A stretch of DNA of 64,000 bases, from the NCBI GenBank assembly GCA_037442105.1, contig JBBIQV010000013.1, forward strand, positions 1-64,000, read 5' to 3'. The stretch comes from Nitrospiraceae bacterium. GTDB taxonomy: Bacteria; Nitrospirota; Nitrospiria; Nitrospirales; Nitrospiraceae. Each line of letters opens with the position of its first letter. Within the stretch, counting starts at the first letter, position 1. Both the position numbers and the translations under genes were made by a program. The notes beneath the pieces are model-generated. The model was not told the DNA's origin, made no database searches, and saw only the letters and a list, made by a program, of their open reading frames with translations. This document shows, piece after piece, positions 28,416 through 38,783 of the stretch.

Positions 28416-29243
28416 ATGCCGGGACGGGCACAGGTTCAACTTATCAGTCTGACGCTCTGCTTTGCCATGTTCACGATGGTGGGAGGATGCGCCGGCCGAA
28501 AAATCACGACTGCGGTAGGAGACCAGGCCTTTGTGGCTGGTCCTCCGCCTCGAGCGCCTGTCGTCGAAGAAGCGACAGCGACCTCCCCCTCTCCTTTACT
28601 ACCGGAGCCGCCTCCCTCGCCAACGGAGCCGCCTCGGGAGCAGCTACAGCCGCTCGTCCCCCCGGAAATCGCAAAAGTGGAGCCTCCGGTGAGTGCGAAA
28701 CCCCCGGTAAGAATAGAGCCGGCTGCGCCCGCTCCGGTCGAAGCGCCTCCCATTAAAGCTCCACCCGTTGAAGAGGTCCGAGTCGAGGAGCAGCCGATCA
28801 CACCCGCACCACCTCCTCCGCTTGAACCGGTTGAATCGGCTGTTCAACCGATGCCACCACCGCCACCGCCTCTGCAACCGGCAGTTCCACCCAGGCTGCC
28901 GGCCTCCGCTCTATCCGATGTCTATTTCGATTTTGACCGGTTTTCTATTCGAGCTGACGCACAGGCCCAGTTGGAAACCAATGCCGGACTGCTCAAATCC
29001 CAGGGGGACTGGAAGGTCCTGATCGAAGGCCACTGCGACGAACGAGGTACGACCGCTTATAACTTGGTGCTGGGAGAACGGCGCGCACAGGCGGTCAAGC
29101 AATATTTGCTGGACCTGGGAGTGTCGGCCTCACAGATTCAGATCACCAGCTACGGCAAAGAGCGTCCCTTCTGCGGAGAGCATAGTGAAGCCTGTTGGCA
29201 GTCGAATCGACGCGCACATTTTATGGATGCCGATCACAAATGA
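28416..29243 (+). CDS. pal: Peptidoglycan-associated (Pal/OmpA-like) lipoprotein with long Pro-rich linker
   Basis: VGGC lipobox; VYFDFD, IEGHCDERGT..YNL.LGERRA, SYGKERP and NRRAHF motifs. Confidence 0.9.
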   Translation: MPGRAQVQLISLTLCFAMFTMVGGCAGRKITTAVGDQAFVAGPPPRAPVVEEATATSPSPLLPEPPPSPTEPPREQLQPLVPPEIAKVEPPVSAKPPVRIEPAAPAPVEAPPIKAPPVEEVRVEEQPITPAPPPPLEPVESAVQPMPPPPPPLQPAVPPRLPASALSDVYFDFDRFSIRADAQAQLETNAGLLKSQGDWKVLIEGHCDERGTTAYNLVLGERRAQAVKQYLLDLGVSASQIQITSYGKERPFCGEHSEACWQSNRRAHFMDADHK

Positions 29244-29288
29244 AATGCATGTGACGCGTTCGTCACATACAGACAAAAGGAGGATCGA

Positions 29289-29906
29289 GTGAGACACCGG
29301 CTTGCAGGACTTGCTTGGGGAATCGGCTTTTTACTCTTACTAGGCTGTGCTGGGAAAGGCGAGATTATTCCTATTCAGGTTCAACCTACTCTGCCCGGTA
29401 CGGAGAAAGCCGTCAAATCTGTCGACCATCTTCGTGTAGCAGTCCAATCATTCGAAGATGCGCGAGTCACCAAAGGACGACTCGGTGTGCGAACCCACTT
29501 GTGGGGCGGTGAGAGTTACTTCGACGTGCCGGGAGGTAAACCGGGTGAGGCGGCAGCTCAAGCGCTGGCCGATTATCTCGGCGCAAGGGGATGGCATGTG
29601 CTGAAGCAGGGAGCGACCGACGGAGCCGATGTCGTCCTCTCAGGCCAAGTTCTGGAGCTGGCCGTCCATGCCAAGAGCGGGGTCGGCTTCACAAAAATCA
29701 CCACCGACACGAAATTGGCCTTCCAAGCGCAGAACACAGCGGACGGCAGTCTTGTGCGCCTGACCCTCAGCGGAGCCGGATCGGACAGCGTCTTCTGGTT
29801 CGACCCCGAAGACGCGCAAGCGCTCCTGAATGATGTGCTGGCGGACAGTTTTGCCAAACTCGTGCGCGACACGAAAGTTGAGCAGAACCGATTGCTGCTC
29901 CGTTGA
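29289..29906 (+). CDS. Lipoprotein (YajG-like)
   Basis: LLGC lipobox; V..FEDAR....LG pattern; AGGAGG RBS. Confidence 0.75.
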   Translation: MRHRLAGLAWGIGFLLLLGCAGKGEIIPIQVQPTLPGTEKAVKSVDHLRVAVQSFEDARVTKGRLGVRTHLWGGESYFDVPGGKPGEAAAQALADYLGARGWHVLKQGATDGADVVLSGQVLELAVHAKSGVGFTKITTDTKLAFQAQNTADGSLVRLTLSGAGSDSVFWFDPEDAQALLNDVLADSFAKLVRDTKVEQNRLLLR

Positions 29907-29958
29907 GGACAGGGGAGAGAGTGCGCCGACGACTTGCCGGATATCGGGAGGTATGGCC

Positions 29959-30426
29959 ATGAAAGTCCAAGACATTATGACCCGTGAAGTTCAGTGTTGC
30001 GGGCCGGATACCAACTTGGCGGCCGCGGCCAAAATGATGTGGGACAGCGACTGCGGAGTGCTGCCGGTGCTCAACGTGGAGGGGCGGGTGTTGGGCATAA
30101 TCACGGACCGTGACATCTGCATGTCCGTAGCGACAAAGAACAAGCCCGCCTCGGCCATCACCGTGTGGGAGACAATTACACCCAAAGCCTATACCTGCCG
30201 TCCCTCCGACGACGTGCGCGCGGCATTGGACATCATGAAGCGCGAGCGGGTACGCCGGCTCCCGGTCATCGATGAGGATGGGGTTCTCCAAGGGATGATC
30301 GCCCTGAACGACATCGTGTTGCACGCCGGAGAGACGAAAGGACGGGAAACTCCGGAACTCTCCTGCGAAGACGTGCTGCGCACGCTGAAAGCCATCAGCG
30401 CGCACCGCGTGCTCGTGGGAATCTAA
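29959..30426 (+). CDS. CBS-domain pair protein
   Basis: KVQDIMT, LPV...GIITDRDI and VRRLPV...GMI motifs. Confidence 0.93.
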   Translation: MKVQDIMTREVQCCGPDTNLAAAAKMMWDSDCGVLPVLNVEGRVLGIITDRDICMSVATKNKPASAITVWETITPKAYTCRPSDDVRAALDIMKRERVRRLPVIDEDGVLQGMIALNDIVLHAGETKGRETPELSCEDVLRTLKAISAHRVLVGI

Positions 30427-30501
30427 AACAGAATTGAGTCATCCGTTCATTGCCTCATTGAATCAATGATTCAATGGATCAATCGTCAATAAGAGGGCCA
30501 G

Positions 30502-32229
30502 ATGTATCGCCGCGTCATGGCGTTCGACTTTGACGGAACCCTCGCGATTAATGGTGACGTACCCCTTGACGTTGAAACGGCATTGGAGCGATGCCGCGAC
30601 AGTGGCCATATCTTGTTTCTCGTGACCGGCCGGCGGTTCGAGACCGTCACACTCGGCCACCTCGGCGAACTCTTCGCGGGGATCGTGTGGGAAAACGGCG
30701 CCGTGCTGACGCACACGGCGAGCGGAGAGACGTACCTTCCATTCGGCCAACTCGATCCGCGTTTACTCAAGGCGATAGAAGAAGCGAACATTCCGTGTGA
30801 GCGTGGCCTCGCGATCGCCGCTACCTGGACGCCGCATGACCGGCCGCTCTGGTCGGCACTCAGCTCCCACGGCGGCAGTACGTCGGTCGAATACAACAAA
30901 GGCGCCGTCATGGTGTTGCCTCCGGGCGCAACCAAAGGAGCAGGCCTCGAGCGGCTGCTCGCGCTGTGCGGGTTATCTCCTCGGAACCTCGCGGCGTTCG
31001 GCGATGCCGAGAACGATCTGTCCATGCTGACGCTGGCTGAAGTTGCTGTGGCGGTGGCCGATGCAGTCCCGGCCGTCATAGAGGCGGCCGACGTCGTCGC
31101 AAAAGCGCCGGGACCCAGCGGGGTCCTGGAAGTGCTTGAGCAGTACCCGCTTAGTGGGCGCTTCCTTGACATCCCGCTGAAACACGAGCGGCCGATCGTG
31201 CTGGGACAGACCGACGCGGGAGCAGTTGCCATGATGCCGGCCGCTCGTCTGGTCGGACGGAATCTGGGAGTGTTCGGCAACTCCGGAACCGGTAAATCCT
31301 GGATCGTCGGCTTGATTGCGGAAGGACTCCACCATACCGATTATCAGGTCCTGCTGATCGACCCCGAGGGAGACTTCCGCGGAATGCGCGTCTTGCCGCG
31401 TTTCATCTCGGTCAGCGGTGATCGAGCGTCACTGCCGCCGCCGTCCGCGGTCGTATCGCTCCTCGACGACGGGGGCGTGTCCCTGGTACTCGACCTCAGC
31501 CAATATCCCGTCACCCTGCGCAACAATTATGTCGCCGAGCTGATTCGGGCCCTGCGTCCGGTTCGCGAACGGAAGTTCCGCCCCCATTGGATCGTCCTCG
31601 ACGAAGCGCAGGAGTTCCTGTTCGAGGGGAGCAACGTCGCCGCGATGGTCCATCCACTGCTGGATGCCGGCGGATGGGCGTTCGTCTCCTACCGGCCGGA
31701 CCGGTTGAGCGTTCCGGTGTTGCAATCGCTCCACCATTGCCTGGTAACCCGCTTGACCGACAACCAGATCGTCGGCAGCCTGCGCGAACATTGCAGCGCT
31801 TGCGGGTTGCAGAGCGCGGATCTCGAACAAATTCCCATGGGAAGCGCCATGCTTTGCGACGGAGAACTTGTGCGCATGCGGCCCGCGATCCGCCGTGTGC
31901 CCCATATCCGCCATCTGTACAAGTACCTGGACGTGCCCTTGCCATCGCACAAGCGCTTCCGTTTTCGCGACGCGATGAGCGGGATCGGCAAGGAAGCCGC
32001 CAGCCTCTACGAGTTTCTCACCTTCATCCCGACACTGCCTATCGACAGTTTGGAGTACCACGACCGCCGAGAGGATTTTATTCAGTGGGCCGAGTCCACG
32101 TTGGGAGATCTGGCCCTCGCAACCAAGTTGCGCAAAATCGCGAACCGTCACTATCAGGGCGAGGAACTGCGCCAGGCGCTCCAGCGTGTGGTCGCAAGTC
32201 ACTATGAAGAACTCAGTGCGCTACGGTAA
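30502..32229 (+). CDS. HAD-IIB hydrolase fused to a HerA/DUF87-like ATPase and a DUF5752-like C-terminal domain
   Basis: DFDGTL, VTGR, FGDAEND; Walker A GNSGTGKS, IDPEGD, Walker B VLDEAQ; C-terminal A.SL.EF...SLEYH....DF..W. Confidence 0.85.
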   Translation: MYRRVMAFDFDGTLAINGDVPLDVETALERCRDSGHILFLVTGRRFETVTLGHLGELFAGIVWENGAVLTHTASGETYLPFGQLDPRLLKAIEEANIPCERGLAIAATWTPHDRPLWSALSSHGGSTSVEYNKGAVMVLPPGATKGAGLERLLALCGLSPRNLAAFGDAENDLSMLTLAEVAVAVADAVPAVIEAADVVAKAPGPSGVLEVLEQYPLSGRFLDIPLKHERPIVLGQTDAGAVAMMPAARLVGRNLGVFGNSGTGKSWIVGLIAEGLHHTDYQVLLIDPEGDFRGMRVLPRFISVSGDRASLPPPSAVVSLLDDGGVSLVLDLSQYPVTLRNNYVAELIRALRPVRERKFRPHWIVLDEAQEFLFEGSNVAAMVHPLLDAGGWAFVSYRPDRLSVPVLQSLHHCLVTRLTDNQIVGSLREHCSACGLQSADLEQIPMGSAMLCDGELVRMRPAIRRVPHIRHLYKYLDVPLPSHKRFRFRDAMSGIGKEAASLYEFLTFIPTLPIDSLEYHDRREDFIQWAESTLGDLALATKLRKIANRHYQGEELRQALQRVVASHYEELSALR

Positions 32230-32249
32230 GGCCGCCATGGGAGGTTGAC

Positions 32250-32693
32250 ATGATCCACAAACGCCGCGCGGTGCGTTACGCCACTGTCTCTGTCCTGCTG
32301 CTGTCCCTTGCCGTCGTATCCATCTCAGCCGGCGAGCCTCCGGAGGGACAGACTGCGCAAGAGCGGCGGATCGAGATCATGATTCGCAATTATGATTTCA
32401 TGCTGGCACAGCCCGGACCGATACGACTGGGAGGCCCGACGGTCATCATCCTGCGCAATCAGGACATTGTGCGTCACGGATTTACCTCCCCGGTCTTGCC
32501 GTCGCTCCAACTCCTCGTCGAGGGGGAAGGGCTGTCCGCATACGGGAAAGGCGTCGAGGGTTTCTACGTCGATCCCGGCAAGACGCTTGTGATCCACTTG
32601 ACTCCCGAGCGTGCGGGTAATTATTCCTTTCGCTGCGACTTGCACCCGCAGATGAAAGGAGAACTCTTCCTGCTCGAAGTTCCCGCGGCGTAG
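32250..32693 (+). CDS. Exported cupredoxin (type-1 copper) protein
   Basis: Signal peptide; RHGF ... FRCDLHPQMKG provides H/C/H/M ligands. Confidence 0.88.
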   Translation: MIHKRRAVRYATVSVLLLSLAVVSISAGEPPEGQTAQERRIEIMIRNYDFMLAQPGPIRLGGPTVIILRNQDIVRHGFTSPVLPSLQLLVEGEGLSAYGKGVEGFYVDPGKTLVIHLTPERAGNYSFRCDLHPQMKGELFLLEVPAA

Positions 32694-32720
32694 AAACCGC
32701 AAGAGCGGAAAAGGAGCGCC

Positions 32721-33266
32721 ATGTTTCGACGGAAGGGGAAAGGAGAAATTGGGCTTGGCTTAGGCATTCTGCTGGCTCTTTGTCCGGTCGTTGTTCCTGT
32801 TTCGGCACAGACCGAGATCCTTCCCGGCTCGGTAGGCACCCTCGACAGTCAAACGGTCGACGCTGTGGTCGCCGTGTTCCACAAGGCTGACGAAGCGGTC
32901 CACAATCGGGATCTTGACGCGGTCATGGCCTTGTATTCCGAGCAGTACAACTACCACGGACTCAGAAAGGCCGACATTCGCAAAGTGTGGGCTGATCTCT
33001 TTGACGAGTACCGCGAGATCTCCGACAGGCACCTCTTTTCCAAAATTGCCAAGACCCGATCCGGGTCTATGGGGATCATTGAAATCACCTGTACTGGGAG
33101 CCTATCGGGCATCTCAACAACCAGCGGGCTGCATATCCCGATCGACAGTTGGTATGAAGAGACCCATTACCTGGCGCTCGAAGACGGCGTGTGGCGCATT
33201 CGCGGGAATGCGGGTGAGGCGCCGCGGGTGTTACCCTTCGGCACCGCGCCCCATCCGTTGTTCTGA
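32721..33266 (+). CDS. Exported NTF2/SnoaL-like protein
   Basis: Paralog of 23854-24402 (YHGL.KADIR, EITCTG, IPIDSW, FGTAPHPLF). Confidence 0.78.
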   Translation: MFRRKGKGEIGLGLGILLALCPVVVPVSAQTEILPGSVGTLDSQTVDAVVAVFHKADEAVHNRDLDAVMALYSEQYNYHGLRKADIRKVWADLFDEYREISDRHLFSKIAKTRSGSMGIIEITCTGSLSGISTTSGLHIPIDSWYEETHYLALEDGVWRIRGNAGEAPRVLPFGTAPHPLF

Positions 33267-33280
33267 ACCACGGGGACACT

Positions 33281-34138
33281 ATGAAGATCACCATCGGAGT
33301 CGATTGGTCGGACCAAGCCTTTGCCGCCGTGCAACAGGCTCTTCACCTCTACCGCAGCACCGAGGTGACATTGGTCCATGGCGTTGACCTCGGCATCTTC
33401 GAATATCCGATCGTCGCCGAAGCAGCCAACATGCAAGGGTACGACGACTTTCGCCGGGCCATGCTCGACGCCGGACGCCAGCTTATGGAGCGGACGTCGA
33501 ATCTGATCCCTCCGGACAGCCCATCGGTGAGAACAGTGTGCGAGTTCGGCAGTCCTGCTCGAGTCATTCTCGATACGGCACAAGCCACTGCCGCGGATCT
33601 GATCGCGGTCGGCGCTCGCGGGCGGGGCCGCATCATGGAACTCATGCTCGGCAGCGTTTCCCATCGCGTGCTCATGCATGCGTCCCAGTCCACCCTGGTA
33701 GCCAAAGGACCTCCGAGACCCATCCAGCGAGTGCTGGTGGCCATTGAAGGCAGTGAGGACGCTCAGTATATTCACAAGTGGCTCCTTGCGCATCCGTTCA
33801 AGAACCCGGTAGAACTCACCGTCCTAACGGTCGTACAATCGCTTCGGCTGACAGATCCGTTCCATACCGTCGGTCTGGAAGCCTGGTCGGACGCCGCCAT
33901 GCGTTTTGGTGAGGACCTGGTGAAGACCACGGCCGCCTCTCTTGCAAGTCCCTTCCACACGGTAGGCACACTCGTCTGTACCGGTGAGCCTGCGGACACC
34001 GTGGCACAGCAGTCCAACAAGTTCGATCTCGTCATTGTCGGATCGCATGGACGCAAAGGAGTAGAACGTTTCCTTCTGGGCAGCGTCTCACATTCGATCA
34101 TCCATCGGGCAAGTTGCCCGATCCTAGTCGTGCGCTGA
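33281..34138 (+). CDS. Tandem-domain universal stress protein
   Basis: Two Usp domains, each ending LGSVSH. Confidence 0.93.
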   Translation: MKITIGVDWSDQAFAAVQQALHLYRSTEVTLVHGVDLGIFEYPIVAEAANMQGYDDFRRAMLDAGRQLMERTSNLIPPDSPSVRTVCEFGSPARVILDTAQATAADLIAVGARGRGRIMELMLGSVSHRVLMHASQSTLVAKGPPRPIQRVLVAIEGSEDAQYIHKWLLAHPFKNPVELTVLTVVQSLRLTDPFHTVGLEAWSDAAMRFGEDLVKTTAASLASPFHTVGTLVCTGEPADTVAQQSNKFDLVIVGSHGRKGVERFLLGSVSHSIIHRASCPILVVR

Positions 34139-34196
34139 TTGTTGAAGGCCCATGGGCTTCCACTGCTTGAGCCATCAACGACAAGGAGTCACAAGT

Positions 34197-34559
34197 ATGA
34201 AAGATTTTATCGTTGCGGGCACCGTCACCCTCATCATCCTCAGCAGCGCGTGGGTCGCGGCACAGACCGCACGGGGCAATCCGCAGACAGGCCAGGTCGT
34301 GTATGAGCAGCACTGTCTCCGCTGTCACGGCGATAAGTTGGACGGGAACGGGCCGGACGGTCACTATCTCATCGTCCCGCCGGCAAACTTGCAATCACCA
34401 CAGTCGCGCGCGAAAACCGACTGGGAGCTTCTGATCACCATCTCGAACGGGGTGTTGTTCAGCCCCATGCACGGATTCCGCGGACGGCTGACGGACCAGC
34501 AAATGCTCGATGTGCTCTCCTATATCCGGATGATGGCCCCGTTCGACGCCGTCAGTTAG
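34197..34559 (+). CDS. Monoheme c-type cytochrome
   Basis: Signal peptide; CLRCH; distal Met in SPMHGF; AAGGAG RBS. Confidence 0.92.
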   Translation: MKDFIVAGTVTLIILSSAWVAAQTARGNPQTGQVVYEQHCLRCHGDKLDGNGPDGHYLIVPPANLQSPQSRAKTDWELLITISNGVLFSPMHGFRGRLTDQQMLDVLSYIRMMAPFDAVS

Positions 34560-34772
34560 CCCGCATTATTCCTGACGGTTCGCCGCGAAATCAGCGAATA
34601 GCAAGTAGGGCATAGCTCAAGAGGGCCGCTTTGTCTCCGGCTGCTCGCTGTTCGCAACCAGCTACTCATTTTGGGCGATTGCAGTAGAAGCAATCATTAA
34701 TCATGCCGGTTAGGCGGCTTATCACATGAGCAGGTGGCACCGGCAACGATGGATGTCAGTCGAGGCAAAGCA

Positions 34773-35930
34773 ATGATGCCCCTGGAGGACCACCTGCAGG
34801 AACCGGTGACTCAAAGACGATCGATCCCCCTGCGCATAGATAAAGGGACGTGCTACGCGATGTTTGCCTACGATGTCGGCCGAGGGGTCGATCTCGACAA
34901 GGCTGAAGGGCTGATCACGGCCATCAAGCAGCGCGGCCGCATCAAGCACAAGCGTCGCGCGCCGTCTTACTTTGACTATCGTCCACCTCCCCTTCGCGTC
35001 ACGGTAGAAATCGACCCTCTGGTACTGGGGCTGTACCGAACCGGCCCGAACGTCGACCTCCTGCTGTATGACTTTGCGGCGGTCTCCGTAACCTATGCCA
35101 TCCCGCTGGACGGAGAGTTTGCTCGTCTGTTGTCCCTCAGCCTGGATCTCTACGAAAACGAGTTGCTCCTGGCGGACTCCAAACGGCGGGTCGACGATTT
35201 ATTGATGGCGATCGAGCGCACAGTGGAACGACCCCATATCGCGGATTCCGTCGAAAGCTACGCTCTCTTTCTCATCGAAGCGTCCGCTCCGGCATTTTAC
35301 GGAACGGATCTTGTCACAACGCACGTCCAAGACATCGCTCAATTGCTCCGATCCGAAGCGCCGCGCTTGGGAGAACAGGAAGTTCGTGATGCGACCGGGC
35401 AGCGCATCGCCTTTGGACCGGACGACATCACCATCATTGACTGGAACGCCGCGTTGATCTTCGGCCATGAGATGGACGACGTTCGAGCCGTGCTGGAGTT
35501 CGCCAATGTGGAACTGCTGGAGATGCGGCTCCTCGATGAGCAACTGGATCGCGCGCTCGACCATGCCTATGAGGCCTTGTCGAAACGGCAATGGGAACGT
35601 TTTGCCTTCCCGGCGCGCTTTCGCGCCGATCTTCGCCGTATCGCTCGGCTGCAGGTGGACAGTGCGATCCTCTTCGAGCGCGTGACGAACACGCTCAAAC
35701 TGTTCGGCGATCAATACTTAGCTCGCGTGTATCGACTCGCCTCCCAGCGGTTTCACTTGGAGTCTTGGGACGCCAGCATCATGAGAAAACTTCAGACCCT
35801 GGAAAGCATTTACGGCAAAATGGCGGATACCGTTGCGACCCGTCGTATGGAAGTACTGGAATGGATCATTATCCTGCTCATTGCCGTTTCGATCGGGGTG
35901 TCGTTGCTGCCCGATCTCGGCAGCCCGTGA
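34773..35930 (+). CDS. RMD1/DUF155-like protein with C-terminal TM helix
   Basis: VLEFANVELLEMR..D..LD, GDQYLARVY, LEWIIILLIAV. Confidence 0.75.
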   Translation: MMPLEDHLQEPVTQRRSIPLRIDKGTCYAMFAYDVGRGVDLDKAEGLITAIKQRGRIKHKRRAPSYFDYRPPPLRVTVEIDPLVLGLYRTGPNVDLLLYDFAAVSVTYAIPLDGEFARLLSLSLDLYENELLLADSKRRVDDLLMAIERTVERPHIADSVESYALFLIEASAPAFYGTDLVTTHVQDIAQLLRSEAPRLGEQEVRDATGQRIAFGPDDITIIDWNAALIFGHEMDDVRAVLEFANVELLEMRLLDEQLDRALDHAYEALSKRQWERFAFPARFRADLRRIARLQVDSAILFERVTNTLKLFGDQYLARVYRLASQRFHLESWDASIMRKLQTLESIYGKMADTVATRRMEVLEWIIILLIAVSIGVSLLPDLGSP

Positions 35931-35953
35931 GTCGACGCTGTAAAGGATTCTAT

Positions 35954-38689
35954 GTGAAGCCCGTTCGTCCTCTCTACATTCCACCACTCATATTCGACCA
36001 CGTTCAATCGGGTCAACTGATCCTCCGGGACGGAACCACTGCCGCCATTCGCCTCTCGCAACCGGCGGATCAGGAGGCCATGCAACGCTTCGTCGACCGG
36101 CTGTCACCGGAGTCAAAACGCCACCGCTTCTTTTCTGAGGGCGTTCCGCCCGAAGACGTGATCGCCGCGCTGTGCGATTCGTCTCACCCACGCGCTCAAC
36201 TGACACTCGTCGTCACGCGCGTCCAGGCAAGGGAGTTGCAAATCATCGCGGCCGGTTCCTACCTCGCTAGGGACGAACGCACGGCTGAAGTCGCGATGGC
36301 CGTCGACGACGATTTTCATGGCAAGGGACTGGGAACCCTCTTACTCGAACGACTGGCGATGCTGGCCATCCGCCACGGCTTCACGCAACTCTGGGCAGTC
36401 ACTCATGCGGACAATCTTGCGATGCGCGAAGTGTTCCGGGAATCAGGCTATTCGATGCGAGCGAGCTGCGAAGGGACCACGATGGAGGTCGAGTTGTCCC
36501 TCATCCCGACCGAAACGAGCGTCGCGCGCGCCGACCTCCGCGAGCGGATTGCGACGACCGCGTCGCTCAGGCCATTTTTTCATCCGCACACGGTCGCGGT
36601 GATCGGTGCGTCGCGGGACCCCAAGAGTATTGGCTTTCACCTGTTGGAAGCATTGACGGCCAATCGCTTTCAGGGCCGCGTGTATCCGGTCAATCCGAAC
36701 GCGACAGAAATCGCGGGGGTTCCGGTTTACCCATCATTGAAGGCCATCCCCGGCCAAGTGGATTTGGCCATTATTGCCGTCCCGCGCGGCGCGGTCCTGA
36801 CGGTGGTTGATGATTGCGCCGCAAAAGGGGTCCGCGCGCTCATTGTCATCACCGCCGGGTTTGCGGAGGTCGGCGCAGAAGGCCGGACTCTTCAAGATCG
36901 CCTGCTGAAGAAAGTGCGGGAATATGGGATGCGGATGGTCGGCCCGAATTGCTTCGGGTTGTTGAACGCGGACCCGGCGATCCGGCTCAACGCCACTTTT
37001 TCCGCCGCCTTTCCGCCATCGGGGCGGGTGGCCATATCGTCGCAAAGCGGGGCCTTGGGTGCGGCTATTTTGGCCGCCGCTCGCCGGCTACAACTCGGCA
37101 TCTCGACTTTTGTCAGCGTCGGCAACAAGGCGGATGTGTCCGGCAACGATCTCTTACAGTATTGGGAAGAAGATCCGGCCACCGACGTCATCCTCCTCTA
37201 TCTGGAGTCGTTCGGTAACCCGCGCCGCTTCTCTCGCATTGCCCGCCGTGTGAGCCTTCGCAAACCGATCGTTGCCGTGAAGGCCGGGCGCACGCAGTCC
37301 GGGAGGCGAGCCGCCGGGTCCCACACGGCCGCGCTGGCGGCCAGCGATGTCGCCGTCGAAGCTCTGTTTCGCCAAACCGGAGTGATCCGCGCTGAGACAT
37401 TGGAAGAGATATTCGCACTGGCGGCCGGCCTCGCAGATCAGCCGTTGCCGGCTGGCCGTCGAGTAGGCATCATCACCAATGCCGGCGGCCCCGCAATCTT
37501 GTGCACGGACGCCTGCGAAACCGGAGGCTTGACCGTCCCCGAGCTTTCCGACCGGACAAAAGCCAAGCTTGCATCGTTTCTGCCGCCTGCGGCCGCGCTG
37601 AAAAACCCGGTCGATCTCATTGCCTCGGCCACGCCGGAGCAATACGCCAACGCCGTCACCACCATCCTCACGTCCGGCGACATTGACGCTCTGATCGTCT
37701 TGTATGTGTCCGTAACGGCTGCCGACACAGCCCCCATTGCGGAAGGCATTCGCGCGGGCATCGTGGCGGCTCGTGACGCCGGCGGGAAAGGGAAGCCCGT
37801 GTTCATCTGCTGGATGGCGGAAGGTGATCGGGAGCGAATATTCTTGCTCCCCGGAGAAACGATCCCGACCTACGCGTTGCCGGAGATTCCGGCGCGTGTC
37901 CTCAGCAAAGCCGCAACGTACAGGGAGTGGCGGAGTCAGCCGCCGGGCATGATCCCGGACTTCGACGACCTGGACATCGACGTCGCCAGAACAGTCTGCG
38001 CGAAGGCGATGGCGCTACGAGGCGCCGGCTGGCTGACGACAGAAGAGACTCGAACAGTGCTGACTGCTCTGCGCCTGCCGGTTCCGCCCGGCGGCGTCGC
38101 CCGGACTGCCGATGAAGCCGCAATACTGGCAACACAGATCGGTTTTCCGGTCGCAGTCAAGCTGGCTTCGCATCTGGTCGTTCACAAGACTGAAATCGGC
38201 GGAGTCTGCTTGAACCTCAACAGAGAGTCCGAAGTCCGTGAGGCCTTTGAAGCCATTCGGGATCGCCTCGCGAAGGATGACAACCTGGTCGCGATGCAAG
38301 GGGTGCTGGTGCAGCCGATGGTCTCAGGCGGCGTGGAAGTCATGGTCGGCATGACCCAAGATCCGCTGTTCGGCCCGCTGATGGCGTTCGGCCTCGGCGG
38401 GATTCATGTCGAAATTCTCGGCGATGTGCGCTTTCGTATCACTCCACTGACCGACCGAGACGCGGCTGAGATGGTACGCGAGATCAAGGGCTACCGGTTG
38501 CTCAACGGCTACCGTGGCCACCCACCGGCCGACATCGAAGCAATCGAAGAGCTATTGCTGCGCATCTCGCGGCTCGTCGAAGAGATTCCGGAGATCGGTA
38601 CGCTGGATCTCAACCCGATCTTCGCCCTCCCACCCGGGCAGGGCTGCCGAATCGTGGATGCGAGAATCCGCATCGGACCAGCCGGCTGA
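35954..38689 (+). CDS. GNAT plus NDP-forming acyl-CoA synthetase-like protein (Pat-type lysine acetyltransferase)
   Basis: N-terminal GNAT (HGKGLGTLLL); VAVIGASR, GPNCFG, SQSGALG, GSHTAAL, NPVDL; ATP-grasp HKTEIGGV, LDLNP. Confidence 0.92.
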   Translation: MKPVRPLYIPPLIFDHVQSGQLILRDGTTAAIRLSQPADQEAMQRFVDRLSPESKRHRFFSEGVPPEDVIAALCDSSHPRAQLTLVVTRVQARELQIIAAGSYLARDERTAEVAMAVDDDFHGKGLGTLLLERLAMLAIRHGFTQLWAVTHADNLAMREVFRESGYSMRASCEGTTMEVELSLIPTETSVARADLRERIATTASLRPFFHPHTVAVIGASRDPKSIGFHLLEALTANRFQGRVYPVNPNATEIAGVPVYPSLKAIPGQVDLAIIAVPRGAVLTVVDDCAAKGVRALIVITAGFAEVGAEGRTLQDRLLKKVREYGMRMVGPNCFGLLNADPAIRLNATFSAAFPPSGRVAISSQSGALGAAILAAARRLQLGISTFVSVGNKADVSGNDLLQYWEEDPATDVILLYLESFGNPRRFSRIARRVSLRKPIVAVKAGRTQSGRRAAGSHTAALAASDVAVEALFRQTGVIRAETLEEIFALAAGLADQPLPAGRRVGIITNAGGPAILCTDACETGGLTVPELSDRTKAKLASFLPPAAALKNPVDLIASATPEQYANAVTTILTSGDIDALIVLYVSVTAADTAPIAEGIRAGIVAARDAGGKGKPVFICWMAEGDRERIFLLPGETIPTYALPEIPARVLSKAATYREWRSQPPGMIPDFDDLDIDVARTVCAKAMALRGAGWLTTEETRTVLTALRLPVPPGGVARTADEAAILATQIGFPVAVKLASHLVVHKTEIGGVCLNLNRESEVREAFEAIRDRLAKDDNLVAMQGVLVQPMVSGGVEVMVGMTQDPLFGPLMAFGLGGIHVEILGDVRFRITPLTDRDAAEMVREIKGYRLLNGYRGHPPADIEAIEELLLRISRLVEEIPEIGTLDLNPIFALPPGQGCRIVDARIRIGPAG

Positions 38690-38783
38690 CGGCTGCATTG
38701 ACGGGGCTGCAGAGCAGGGATTATGGTATTTCAGTTATGTATTCATCCATTGTGCTCCCACGTATCACCCAGGAGGTCTCGCC

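Noticed and set aside
28540..28910. Pro-rich low-complexity stretch as a DNA repeat element
   Set aside because: It is the coding linker of the Pal-like lipoprotein
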